Source of the DNA: Pecten maximus
Taxonomy: Eukaryota
Assembly (NCBI RefSeq): GCF_902652985.1
Contig: NC_047022.1
Coordinates: 13,392,001-13,456,000, forward strand
DNA: 64,000 bases
Reading direction: 5' to 3'
Part shown: positions 12,313 to 25,225 of the stretch, piece after piece
Layout: every line of letters begins with the position of its first letter
How positions within the stretch are numbered: position 1 is the first letter of the stretch
Notes under the pieces: model-generated
What the model was told of the DNA's origin: nothing
The model's database searches: none
The model's input: the letters and a program-made list of their open reading frames with translations, nothing else
Program-made: the position numbers and the translations under genes

Positions 12313-13459
12313 AGTGATGGTTAGGTCAGAACCAACCAAGACACAAAAAAAATCTCTGAAAAAGTATAATTGTCTGTATAAACTTATTTTTATAAACAAC
12401 TGGGACCTGAAAGGTTAAAAATGGTCTTTAATGTATTCAAGAAGATTACAATGTATAGATTGAATGTACTTAATGATACATTAATTCAAATTGTACTTTA
12501 TTGTCAATAAGAAAACACATCACTTGAATTATGTTAATGTATGAAACTTATCATAATTGATAAGCAATTAGTTATGTGCATTCAATTATTATAGTATGAA
12601 AAATTGGGATGGATTCCTGGCACTTAAAATGATATTTGGAGCACGTGTCTAGAATCCAATATGAAAACAAACACAGAGATTGATTGCTAGTTGTAAGATT
12701 GAGATACAAGTGAGTGGATGGATAGATATTTATTACTGGGCTGTAATATAATTTGAATGAGTTTGACATATAATTGTATAGCATGGATAAGAATGACTTT
12801 ATTGTATTAAGATATGAATGAGTTTTGGAGACAAATGAATTTGGTGAAATTGATTCAGTATTTATGAATGGATTTTTAGATGAGTAGGTGTTGAATCATC
12901 ACACAGAAGGGTTTTTATAGATAGAAACCCTGATGAATTTATGATGTAAATCACTCAAATTTTGTGAGACAGTCTTAAGATTTTTTTCTGTGTTGGATAA
13001 TCATACAGATATTTGTTCAGCTTTCACATGTAATGTCACTGAACAAAGCGTTATAACATGTTATCAGACATTTTAAGGGGTTAACAGTGAATGAGTTATA
13101 AATTTGATGTATGAATGAGATGATGTACACATATATTCCACTCCTTCATGTTGTTTCCATGGAGACCATAGTCATTGTTGTCATATCATGCTGATGGAAT
13201 ATGTCTATTTATGAAATATTCATAATCTGAAATTTTTAAACCAAATATTCCAGAACATAATGGATTTTACACATTATATAGATTGACTTTTTTTTTTTTT
13301 TTATATTTTTTCATGATTATGAAGTGGAATGAATGTTTTAAAATATTTGTATATAGTTATAGTCACAACCATCGCTGTGACAAGTCTATTGTGTGTCATA
13401 TAATGAAGTGTCTCTTTAAAATTGAAACATACTGGTTTCTATGAAATAGAAGCACACAA

Positions 13460-13465
13460 ATTAAA
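13460..13465 (+). terminator. Candidate polyadenylation signal (ATTAAA) of AUTS2-like gene
   Basis: ATTAAA followed ~20 nt later by a GT/T-rich tract, at the end of a long AU-rich UTR-like region. Confidence 0.35.
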
Positions 13466-13499
13466 CTATTGAAATATAATCCTTGGTTATGTTTTGTTA

Positions 13500-14115
13500 T
13501 TTTTGGAAGCTCCAGTTCTGCTACAGGTGAACTTATGTCGTGGTGCTACATCCGTTGTCCAACCATCCAGCTGCCTTCTACCATGCATACATTTCTCATA
13601 TTTTTTCCCTTCAAACAGCTTTTAAATTTCCTCAATAACTAAGAGGGCTGAGGTCATGATATACCATGGTAGGCTATTAGCATAATATGACAAAGGGCCA
13701 TCAAGTTTGTTCAAATGAATTAGATTGACCTACTTTCAAGGTCATAAAGGTTAAATGTGTTGAAATCTTCACATTGACCAAGATCCTTAGGGGCATGATA
13801 TTGGACCAGTATCATGCTTGTATAAACAACCTTAACTCACTTTCAAGGTCAAGGGTGTCAAATGGTTAAATGTCCTTATGATTACCTTCTGGTTAACTAA
13901 ACAGACCAAGTGTCCTGATATTGAGGCAGTAGCATGCTGGTATGAAGAACTATCAAGTTTGTCCTCATGCGGGGCCTAAGGAATAAGGGAAATACAGATT
14001 TATAGAAAAAAAAAATTAATCCTTCTGTAGGGATGAGAGGATTTGGTTTCATATGTGGTCTGTAGCATCCTTGGGTGAAGGCACCCAAAAGGTCGGAGGG
14101 TTTGGGACCCAAAAT
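13500..14115 (+). mobile_element. Non-autonomous Helentron-type element (HINE-like), degenerate
   Basis: 5' GCTTATG..CGTCC-like module and internal repeats AAGTTTGTTCAAATGAAT...TTCAAGGTCA shared with 20862-21510. Confidence 0.55.
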
Positions 14116-14149
14116 GATAAGCATAACAAATGGGTAATCGGTAAGCATG

Positions 14150-16600
14150 TATTCCCCTGTAAGGCTGTAATGTAATTTCTCTGTAATCCTGTACTGTAAT
14201 GTCCCTGTAAGGCTGTACTGTAATGTCCCTGTAATCCTGTACTGTAATGTCCCTGTAATCTGTACTGTAATTTCCCTGTAATCCTGTACTGTAATGTCCC
14301 TGTAAGTCTTTACTGTAATGTCCCTGTAATCTGTACTGTAATGTCCCTGTAATCTGTACTGTAATGTCCCTGTAATCCTGTACTGTAATCCTGTACTGTA
14401 ATGTCCCTGTAATTCTGTACTGTAATGTCCCTGTAAGCTGTACTGTAATGTCCCTGTAATCCTGTAATGTTACTGTAATCCTATACTGTAATGTCCCTGA
14501 AAGCTGTAATGTCCCTGTAATCCTGTACTGTAATGTCCCTGTAATCCTGTACTGTAATGTCCCTGTAATCCTGTACTGTAATGTCCCTGTAATCCTGTAC
14601 TGTAATGTCCCTGTAATCCTGTACTGTAATGTCCCTGTAATCCTGTACTGTAATGTCCCTGTAATCCTGTACTGTAATGTCCCTGTAATCCTGTACTGTA
14701 ATGTCCCTGTAATGCTGTACTGTAATGTCCCTGTAATGCTGTACTGTAATGTCCCTGTAATCCTGTACTGTGATGTCCCTGTAATCCTGTACTGTAATCC
14801 TGTACTGTAATGTCCCTGTAATCCTATACTGTAATGTCCCTGTAAGCTGTACTGTAATGTCTCTGTAATCCTGTACTATAATGTCCCTGTGATCCTGTAC
14901 TGTAATGTCCCTGTAAGTCTATACTGTAATGTCCCTGTAATCCTGTACTGTAATGTCCCTGTAAGGCTGTACTGTAATGTCCCTGTAAGGCTGTACTGTA
15001 ATGTCCCTGTAATCATGTACTGTAATGTCCCTGTAATCCTGTACTGTAATGTCCCTGTAATCCTGTACTGTAATGTCCCTGTAATCCTATGCTGTAGTGT
15101 CCCTGTAATCCTATGCTGTAATGTCCCTGTAATCCTGTACTGTAATGTCCCTGTAATCCTGTACTGTAATGTCCCTGTAATCCTGTACTGTAATGTCCCT
15201 GTAAAGCTGTACTGTAATGTCCCTGTAATCCTGTACTGTTATGTCCCTGTAAGTCTTTACTGTAATGTCCCTGTAATCCTGTACTGTAATGTCCCTGTAA
15301 GGCTGTACTGTAATGTCCCTGTAAGGCTGTACTGTAATGTCCCTGTAAGTCTTTACTGTAATGTCCCTGTAAGGCTGTACTGTAATGTCCCTGTAATCCT
15401 GTACTGTAATGTCCCTGTAATCTGTACTGTAATTTCCCTGTAATCCTGTACTGTAATGTCCCTGTAAGTCTTTACTGTAATGTCCCTGTAATCCTGTACT
15501 GTAATGTCCCTGTAATCCTGTACTGTAATGTCCCTGTAATTCTGTACTGTAATGTCCCTGTAAGCTGTACTGTAATGTCCCTGTAATCCTGTAATGTTAC
15601 TGTAATCCTATACTGTAATGTCCCTGAAAGCTGTAATGTCCCTGTAGTCCTGTACTGTAATGTCCCTGTAATCCTGTACTGTAATGTCCCTGTAATCCTG
15701 TACTGTAATGTCCCTGTAATCCTGTACTGTAATGTCCCTGTAATCCTGTACTGTAATGTCCCTGTAATCCTGTACTGTAATCCTGTACTGTAATGTCCCT
15801 GTAATCCTATACTGTAATGTCCCTGTAAGCTGTACTGTAATGTCTCTGTAATCCTGTACTATAATGTCCCTGTGATCCTGTACTGTAATGTCCCTGTAAG
15901 TCTATACTGTAATGTCCCTGTAATCCTGTACTGTAATGTCCCTGTAAGGCTGTACTGTAATGTCCCTGTAAGGCTGTACTGTAATGTCCCTGTAATCATG
16001 TACTGTAATGTCCCTGTAATCCTGTACTGTAATGTCCCTGTAATCCTGTACTGTAATGTCCCTGTAATCCTATGCTGTAGTGTCCCTGTAATCCTATGCT
16101 GTAATGTCCCTGTAATCCTGTACTGTAATGTCCCTGTAATCCTGTACTGTAATGTCCCTGTAATCCTGTACTGTAATGTCCCTGTAAAGCTGTACTGTAA
16201 TGTCCCTGTAATCCTGTACTGTTATGTCCCTGTAAGTCTTTACTGTAATGTCCCTGTAATCCTGTACTGTAATGTCCCTGTAAGGCTGTACTGTAATGTC
16301 CCTGTAAGGCTGTACTGTAATGTCCCTGTAAGTCTTTACTGTAATGTCCCTGTAAGGCTGTACTGTAATGTCCCTGTAATCCTGTACTGTAATGTCCCTG
16401 TAATCCTGTACTGTAATGTCCCTGTAATGCTGTACTGTAATGTCCCTGTAATCCTATACTGTAATGTCCCTGTAATCCTGTACTGTAATGTCCCTGTAAT
16501 CCTGTACTGTAATGTCCCTGTAATCCTGTACTGTAATGTCCCTGTAATCCTATACTGTAATGTCCCTGTAAGGTTGTTCTGTAATATCCCTGTAAGATTG
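14150..16600 (+). repeat. 24-bp satellite A (~100 units) with ~1 kb higher-order duplication
   Basis: Unit CTGTACTGTAATGTCCCTGTAATC; identical variant strings start at 14889 and 15872. Confidence 0.97.
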
Positions 16601-16634
16601 AAAAAAACCACTGTACTTTAATTCTCTAATAACT

Positions 16635-18395
16635 TTTACTGGATTTCCCTACTGTAGTGAAATTCCCCGGTAAGATTGTAATGTCATTTGTACTGGAATC
16701 CCCCTGTAACTCTGTACTGGAATTCCCCTGTAAGTCTGTACTGGAATTCCCCTGTAAGTCTGTACTGGCATCCCCCTGTAAGTTGGTACTAGAATTCCCC
16801 TGTAAGTCTGTACTGGAATTCCCCTGTAAGTCTGTACTGGAATTCCCCTGTAAGTCTGTACTGGCATCCCCCTGTAAGTCTGTACTGGCATCCCCCTGTA
16901 AGTCTGTACTGGCATCCCCCTGTAAGTCTGTACCGGAATTCCCCTGCAAGTCTGTACCGGAATTCCCCTGTAAGTCTGTACCGGAATTCCCCTGTAAGTC
17001 TGTACTGGAATTCCCTTGTAAGTCTGTACTGGAATTCCCCTGTGAGTCTGTACTGGAATTCTCCTGTAAGTCTGTACTGGAATTCCCCTGTAACTCTGTA
17101 CTGGAATTCCCCTGTAAGTCTGTACTGGCATCCCCCTGTAAGTCTGTACCGGAATTCCCCTGCAAGTCTGTACCGGAATTCCCCTGTAAGTCTGTACCGG
17201 AATTCCCCTGTAAGTCTGTACTGGACTTCCCCTGTGAGTCTGTACTGGAATTCCCCTGTAAGTCTGTACTGGAATTCCCCTGTAACTCTGTACTGGAATT
17301 CCCCTGTAAGTCTGTACTGGAATTCCCCTGTAAGTCTGTACTGGAATTCCCCTGTAACTCTGAACTGGAATTCCCCTGTAAGTCTGTACTGGAATTCCCC
17401 TGTAAGTCTGTACTGGAATTCCCCTGTGAGTCTGTACTGGAATTCCCCTGTAAGTCTGTACTGGAATTCCCCTGTAACTCTGTACTGGAATTCCCCTGTA
17501 AGTCTGTACTGGAATTCCCCTGTAAGTCTGTACTGGAATTCCCCTGTAACTCTGTACTGGAATTCCCCTGTAAGTCTGTACTGGAATTCCCCTGTAAGTC
17601 TGTACTGGAATTCTCCTGTAACTCTGTACTGGAATTTCCCTGTAACTCTGTACTGGAATTCCCCTGTAAGTCTGTACCGGAATTCCCCTGTAAGTATGTA
17701 CTGGAATTTCCCTGTAAGTCTGTACTGGAATTCCTCTGTAAGTCTGTACTGGAATTCTACTGTAAGTCTGTACTGGAATTCCCCTGTAAGTCTGTACTGG
17801 AATTCCCCTGTAAGTCTGTACTGGAATTCCCCTGTAACTCTGTACTGGAATTCCCCTGTAAGTCTGTACTGGAATTCCCCTGTAAATCTGTACTGGAATT
17901 CTCCTGTAACTCTGTACTGGAATTCCCCTGTAAGTCTGTACCGGAATTCCCCTGTAAGTCTGTACTGGAATTCCCCTGTAAGAGTGTACTGGAATTCCCC
18001 TGTAAGTCTGTACTGGAATTCCTATGTAAGTCTGTACTGGAATTCTCCTGTAAGTCTGTACTGGAATTCCCCTGTGAGTCTGTACTGGAATTCCCCTGTT
18101 AGTCTGTACTGGAATTCTCCTGTAAGTCTGTACTGGAATTCCCCTGTAAGCCTGTACTGGAATTCCCCTGTAAGTCTGTACTGGAATTCCCCTGTAAGTC
18201 TGTACTGGAATTCTCCTGTAACTCTGTACTGGAATTCTCCTGTAAGTCTGTACTTGAATTCCCCTGTAAGTCTGTACTTGAATTCCCCTGTAAGTCTGTA
18301 CCGGAATTCCCCTGTAAGTCTGTACTGGAATTCCCATGTGAGTCTGTACTGGAATTCCCCTGTAAGTCTGTACTGGAATTCCCCTGTAAGTCTGT
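16635..18395 (+). repeat. 24-bp satellite B (~72 units; EcoRI site in most units)
   Basis: Unit CTGTACTGGAATTCCCCTGTAAGT; explains ORFs 16626-18464. Confidence 0.97.
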
Positions 18396-19694
18396 TATCA
18401 GTACTGTACCGTCGCTAGTACTTACATTTATTATTAGATTCCCCTTGAAGTCTGTGTTGTTCAAATTGTAACAAATATGAGTGATATCTTTACAAAATGT
18501 GACTAAGACAATCCCATTAGTTCCCCGGATAAAGTAGTGACTTTATATTGTACGTACACATTTATGGTGTAAGGGAAGCAACTCTATTGAATCTCGACAT
18601 TTTTCACTGCAAGAAAATATTGATATTACACTACCGTTAAACTAATTTGGTGTGAATCTCGTCATTATTTTATATTCTTCCAATCAAATATTACGTAGTC
18701 ACTGCTCGTGAAACTCATAGAGTATAGGATATATCCTCACAAAACATCCGTCCTTTTAGTTAATATAACTATATTTAGGTTTTTGCCTTGAATAGAAAGC
18801 TCTGATCGGTCTGTCAATCCGTCTAAGAGCAATTACAATAATCTGAAATTAGCAGATAAACTATCTTAACGAAAAAAATGAACCCAGAGTCTTCATTATC
18901 TCTCTTTTTTTTTCTTTTTCGTTTCCCCCTCGTCTGATGCTATATGTATATCGACTGAGATCTCGTTATGAAAACTTTACGAGAATACATTTTAGAAGCG
19001 CGCATGAAAAAATCCTATATTTGAAAACGAATTCCGCTACATATGTATATTATATTACTACGACATTCCCTTTATATAACATGTATCTGAAACTCCCTAT
19101 TTCAAGTGTAGCTGTACAATGTACTTGAATGTTGGCCTCCGTCCGTCCGGCATTCCATGGTTTTCACTTAACCATCGTAAAAAATATCTTCGTCGCCTAC
19201 AAGAGACGAATTTCGAGATAGTTTTCTTTTTCACCCATAATTAAACATTAAATCTCTCAGCGTATGTGCTTTTTAGTGACGGAATGAACGGACATAAAAA
19301 CAGATTTTGTAATTCTGATGGACTTACGGGGTGCACCCCACAATCTCGTTATGAAAACTTTAAAACTGAATTCATATCAGTTTGACAGAGGTATACCCCC
19401 TACTTTCTCGCCCATTTCTTTTTAACTTATGAGTATAATGCAATAATGACATATACTATTAAAGATATGAAATATATATAAAAAACAAAACAAAATCCAT
19501 GATTATCTTTAAATATATCATATATCTTATTGCATGTTTATATATATCTTATATATTACTTGTTACTTTATAACAGATGCCCAATGCTGACGAGAAAAAC
19601 AAACAACACAAGGTTTAGCTATATATAGAGAGAAATCCAGTTTTTATGGTGGATATTGTGATTCCCATTTGGATTATTCTATTCTACTTGTGTG

Positions 19695-20675
19695 ATATGA
19701 CGTCAGACGTGTTTGATGCCTGTTGACATGACGTCAGACGTGTTTGATGGGGGCCGCGGTGACCGAGTGGTTAAGGTGTCCCAACACTTTATCACTAGCC
19801 CTCCACCTCTGGGTTGCGAGTTCGAAACCTACGTGGGGCAGTTGCCAGGTACTAACCGTAGGCCGGTGGTTTTTCTCCGGGTACTCCGGCTTTTCTTCAC
19901 CTCCAAAACCTGGCACGTCCTTAAATGACCCTGACTGTTAATAGGACGTTAAAAAAAAAAAAAAAAAAAAAAGTTTTTGATGTCTGTTAATATGACGTTA
20001 GACTTATTCGATGTCTGTTAATATGACGTCAGACGTGTTCGATAACTGTTAATACGACGTCAGACGTGTTCGATAACTGTTGATATGACGTCAGACGTGT
20101 TCGATAACTGTTGATATGACGTCAGACGTGTTCGATGCCTGTTAATATGACGTCAGACGTGTTCGATGCCTGTTGATATGACGTCAGACGTGTTTGATGC
20201 CTGTTAATATGACGTCAGACGTGTTCGATGCCTGTTAATATCACGTCAGACTTATTCGATGTCTGTTAATATGACGTCAGATGTGTTCGATAACTGTTGA
20301 TATGACGTCAGACGTGTTTATGCCTGTTAATATGACGTCAGACGTGTTCGATGTCTGTTAATATGACGTCAGACGTGTTCGATAAATGTTGATATGACGT
20401 CAGACGTGTTTGATGTCTGTTAATATGACGTCAGACGTGTTTGATAACTGTTGATATGACGTCAGACGTGTTTGATGACTGTTAATATGACATCAGACAT
20501 GTTCGATGTCTGTTAATATGACGTCAGACGTGTTCGATAACTGTTGGTATGACGTCAGACGTGTTTGATGTCGGTTAATATGACGTCAGGCGTATTTGAT
20601 AACTGTTGATATGACGTCAGACGTGTTCGATGTCTGTTAATATTACGTCAGACGTGTTCGATGCCTGTTGATATG
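19695..20675 (+). repeat. 31-bp minisatellite with TGACGTCA core (~24 units), interrupted by a SINE
   Basis: Unit TATGACGTCAGACGTGTTYGATGYCTGTTRA on both sides of the SINE. Confidence 0.93.
19750..19972 (+). mobile_element. Young tRNA-derived SINE with V-domain-like core and poly(A) tail
   Basis: A-box TGACCGAGTGG, B-box GTTCGAAAC, CTCCGGGTACTCCGG core, A22 tail; near-identical copy at 47154-47378. Confidence 0.9.
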
Positions 20676-20861
20676 CTGTGTCACCACCGTAGTTACCGTT
20701 TTGTGAGAGTGTGACCTGACCCGGATTTGACCTAGATCTGTATGACAGGTGTCGTCGATGAAGCAGAAGACGTTTACTCTCCTTGGACACTTGGTCTTAT
20801 TCTCCCTGTATTTTTCAAAAGGTATCCGTGCTAATAGATTTGTTTTCGTATTTTACCATCG

Positions 20862-21510
20862 TGTTTTATCTCCTGCCCAAACGAGCTTATGCCGTGGCTC
20901 GACAACCGTCGTCCATCCAGCGTCCCCTTTTCCATTTAAACAACTTCTCAATAACCAAATGGCACATGGTACTGATGACATGTAGTATGCTGCGGTACGG
21001 GCCTGCCTAGTTTGTTCAAATGAATTACCTTGACCAACATTCAAGGTAACATGGATGAAAAAGGCTAGGGCATGATACATGATATTGGGCCTGTAGTATG
21101 CCGGGGATTAAGGTCTGCCAACTTTGTTCAAATGAATGACCTTGGCCAACACTCAAGGTCACAAGGATAAAAAAGGCTAAAATATTAAATGACTTCTCCT
21201 CAATAACTAAGAAGTCCAAAAGACATGATATTGGGCTTGTAGCATGCTGGGATAAAAGGCTACCAATTTTGTTCAAATGAATTACCTTGACCAGCACTGA
21301 AGGTCACAGCGGTCAAATAAGCTAAAATCTTTAAACGACATCTCAATAGCAAAGAGGCCAAGGAATCTGATATTGAGCCTTTAAGCATGCTGATGTTAAG
21401 GACTATCAAGTTTGTTTAGAGAGATGAACTTGAGTTACATCCAAGGTCACAGGGGTCAGATAGGCCTTTGAAACGATTTCTTGTTAATAACCATAAGGCA
21501 CATATATTTC
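20862..21510 (+). mobile_element. Non-autonomous Helentron-type element (HINE-like) with internal tandem repeats
   Basis: Starts TTTTATCTCC..GAGCTTATG..CCGTCGTCCATCC; 4 internal units with GTTTGTTCAAATGAAT.ACCTTGACC..TCAAGGTCAC. Confidence 0.6.
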
Positions 21511-22803
21511 AACTTCAAAATCGACCTCCTTGCTGTCTGTAATGCTGTGGTGACTTGCACAACAACCATCCGCACTGCCGTGCTTCAAAATGATAACGCA
21601 TGCGCAAATGATGTGTGTCTAGTTGTAGACTGTCCCACCCCCAACCCCAACCCGTCTCTACAGGATTGAAACTATTATAATTATATATAGAACAGCTGTA
21701 TGATTTAAGTCCCTACGATATGTCTAAGTTTCAAACTAGGGGGAGATAATCTAGTAATATATCATTACATATCATAAAAAGAGCACATTTGTAAGAAGAT
21801 ATGAAGTAGACCCCTTTGTGTATTGTTTGAGTGAGATGTTCCTATATCTTAAGATCTACTCGTGATCTGTGTTTTTCTCCCTAATACATCTTCTCATACA
21901 CAGATACTACTTGAAGCTGGATAGAGGCTAGTTCTCTTTTGGTGTCAAAATTACACTGTAATTACGATCATTGTATCAATGTGACCTCTTGTAATAAAAT
22001 TCTCCACGTGAATTTCGATTTTCCGCTGATCGGAATGAGGAGGTCCAGAAACCGAACTGAGCAATACATAAAAGCGTGGAAAACGTGGAAAACACGCATC
22101 CGGTGTCCGTCATAATGTCCAACGTCTGGTGTTGGGGTCAGAGGAAACTCGGGCTAATAATGACACGGCAGATATTGTAAATCTTATCATATAGTCATCT
22201 TATAGCACCAGCGATAAGAGAGTTAAACTCTCTGGGTGATATATAAGATTTAAGTAATCAATAAAAAAAAAAACCTGTTTTTATTAACGTAGATCACCGA
22301 GGGATTACGAATAAACTACAACCTAGTAAAGATCTGTACCGGGAGATCGGCGATCGTCAATACACACATTTAAATGTATACATCAGAGACGCAGGTATGT
22401 ACATTCTGGATAGGTAAGTGCCTGGCTAGGTACATGTATCTGTGGTAGTATAGGAACAAATTTGGAACGTACAGCTACTCCAAACGTCACCAAAATACAT
22501 ACTGGATAACATACAGGGTCGACTAACTTCAGGATACGAGGACGTGTTCAATATATCCGGACAGTGAGCGCGTCCCATGGCGGACGAGTTATAACTGGAC
22601 GGAGTACATGAATGTGTTTGACTACCATGTATGTGTACACTCTAAGCTGCTCTTCCTTTGAAATGTGGCCGAGAATTACCTTGATCCAGTCTTGTTAAAG
22701 GTATATATGTCGGTGTTAGTAAGATCGTGCTGAACCGTGGATATCAACATGTATTGAAAAATGTTTGAGGTAAATCTGGGTATGACGGCGAAATGTAGGT
22801 AGT

Positions 22804-22838
22804 ATATAAATAGCCCAGGAACTGGATATTACAGTTGT
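22804..22838 (+). promoter_or_regulatory. Candidate TATA box and initiator of the beta-propeller gene
   Basis: TATATAAATA at ~22803-22812, with Inr-like ACAGTT ~30 nt downstream and the ATG ~60 nt further on. Confidence 0.4.
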
Positions 22839-22892
22839 GTGGAATATGTGACGTATACAACAACTCATTATACCTCGATAAGACCATCTCGG

Positions 22893-23711
22893 ATGGAAAT
22901 TGTCAATATGACGTTACGCGAGAGATTCTCGGACCCAGTAACGGTTTTAAGTGCAAAACTTCCACACGAAACCCAATGTCTACTCACTGACATCGCTGTG
23001 CTTCCCGACGCATTCGTTGTTGTAGATAATGAAAATAAATCTATCAAAAGATTTAATTTCCAAATGACCTTGATTGACAGTGTCAAACTAGACGACCCAT
23101 GTGGAGTCACAAAACTGTATTTATCATGTCATGTTGTTGTGACACAGCCTCAGCAGCAAGTCATAACATTTATTTCCGCTGGAAAGGGCGGCAAAATGTC
23201 CATTAGTTCTTCAAGACACACAAACCGGAAGTACCAATCTGTGGCCTGTCTGGATGAGATGCGCCTCGTGGCGGGGTGTTGTGAGGTAGGTCACGGATGT
23301 GTAGATATTTTGACGTTTGATGGTGACGTGCTGTATTCCATAGAAAGGGATGACAACAAGTCGCGGATTTTCCGGACCCCGGCCAGTCTGACGTGTTTCG
23401 CTGGTCGATACGTCCTTGTGTCAGACTCTGGACGGCGGGAGCTTGTTTGTGTGACAACGAAAGGAGAACTGAAATTTGTTCATGACCCGAAAGGGACTCC
23501 GAGTGGGTTGGGCGTCACAACGTCTGGTGACGTGTTCATGTGTGTTTATGATAGATGTGTAGTCCAAAAACTTGACGTGAACATGGGCACTACGTATGAC
23601 GACTTTCTACCAGAAGTGGAAACGAAGTTCCCCCTAGCAACGTGTTTGTCTGAAGACAGAGTGCTTGTTGTCACGGAGGAAATGCCTAGTGACAGGATCG
23701 TGGTGGTAAAT
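22893..23711 (+). CDS. NHL-repeat / 6-bladed beta-propeller protein, exon 1 (resembles the C-terminal propeller of bivalve B-box/TRIM-NHL-like proteins)
   Basis: Blade motifs LTDIAVLPDAFVVVDNENKSIKRF, DPCGVT, RTPASLT..VLVSD, GTPSGLGV, FPLATCL; donor AAT|gtaagt. Confidence 0.8.
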
Positions 23712-24086
23712 GTAAGTCTATTTGTAATAAGTACAATAAATGTGATTGTCGATACAGATATGTACAGTCAGTCGATACAGCTATGCACAGTCAGGATCTG
23801 GTGTCTTGCTGAAACACCTTTCCAAATGATGCAGATATATCTATTTTAACTGAAATTGGTATTTTTTTGGTGCATATATACATTTGTACATCTATCAGCG
23901 AAGAAGCTATACTTCTTTTCAATATTTTGCTCAATAGCAAATATTTGTGCGAAGAGTCATATGAACTCCATTTATTTAAGTTTTCTTTGCCTGGAGTGCC
24001 AAATTCACATTTGATCTCGAAAAGTAGGATGTGTATGTCACAATTAACACTCCCTTTCCTGTATCAATAATACGTTTTACTTTCAG

Positions 24087-24161
24087 TTGGACGCTTACGA
24101 GAAGACGAGCAAACATGGCCCGCCATTAAAACTGTCTAACATCCATTTGACTATAGACTAG
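24087..24161 (+). CDS. Beta-propeller protein terminal exon (LDAYEKTSKHGPPLKLSNIHLTID*)
   Basis: ttttactttcag acceptor, phase 0, TAG at 24159-24161. Confidence 0.7.
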   Translation: MDAYEKTSKHGPPLKLSNIHLTID

Positions 24162-24184
24162 TTATCTGTATAGACACGTGCTCA

Positions 24185-25225
24185 TCATAGATGTGAGCAT
24201 CAGAAGTAGGTGAGAAATATGAGTGTGTCAACGAACGCCTGGGACGTGAGCGCCAACAGTACGTCATAGATGTAAGCGTACACAGAACGTCATAGATGTG
24301 AGCGTCAACAGTACGTCAGAAATGTGAACGTCAACTGTACGTCAGGGATGTGAGCGTCAACAGTACGAAAGGGATATGAGCGCCAACTGTACGTCAGAGA
24401 TGTGAGCGTCAACAGTACGAAAGGGATATGAGCGTCAACTGTACGTCAGAGATGCGAGCGTCAACAGTACGTCAGGAATGTGAACGTCAACTGTACGTCA
24501 GAGATATGAGCGTCAACAGAACGCCTGGTACGTGAGCGTCAACTGTACGTAAGGAATGTGAGCGTCAACAGAACGTCAGAGATGTGGGCGTCAATTGTAC
24601 GCCAGGATTGTGAGCGTCAACTGTACGTCAGAGATATGAGCGTAAACAGAACGTAAGGAATGTGAGCGTCAACAGTACTTCAGAGACGTGATCGTCAATT
24701 GTACGTCAGGATTGTGAGCGTCAACTGTACGTAATGAATGTGAGCGTCAACAGCACGTAAGGAATGTGAGCGTCAACTTTACGTCAGAGATGTGAGCGTC
24801 AACAGAACGCCTGGGACGTGAGTGTCAACTGTACGTAAGGAATGTGAGCGTCAACAGTACGTCAGAGATGTGATCGTCAATTGTACGCCAGGATTGTGAG
24901 CGTCAACTGTACGTCAGAGATATGAGCGTAAACAGAACGTAAGGAATGTGAGCGACAACAGTACTTCAGAGATGTGAGTGTCAATTCTTCGTCAGGATTG
25001 TGAGCGTCAACTGTACGTAAGGAATGTTAGCGTCAACTGTACGTCAGAGATGTGAGCGTCAATTGTACGTCAGGATTGTGAGCGTCAACTGTACGTAAGG
25101 AATGTGAGCGTCAACAGCACGTAAGGAATGTGAACGTCAACTGTACGTCAGAGATGTGAGCGTCAACTGTACGTCAGAGTGAGAGCGTCAACTGTACGTC
25201 AGTGGTGTGTCAACAGTACATTTAC
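24185..25225 (+). repeat. 26-bp minisatellite (~39 units) in the 3'UTR region of the propeller gene
   Basis: Unit TGTGAGCGTCAACTGTACGTCAGAGA. Confidence 0.92.

Noticed and set aside
14889-18464. Long ORFs of 180-560 aa (YCNVPVIL, YRGIPVQT, EFPCKSVL repeats)
   Set aside because: Produced by 24-bp satellites open in several frames on both strands; no unique flanking coding sequence or splice context
19750-19835. tRNA gene
   Set aside because: A/B boxes belong to a SINE head; continues into core and tail, with a second dispersed copy
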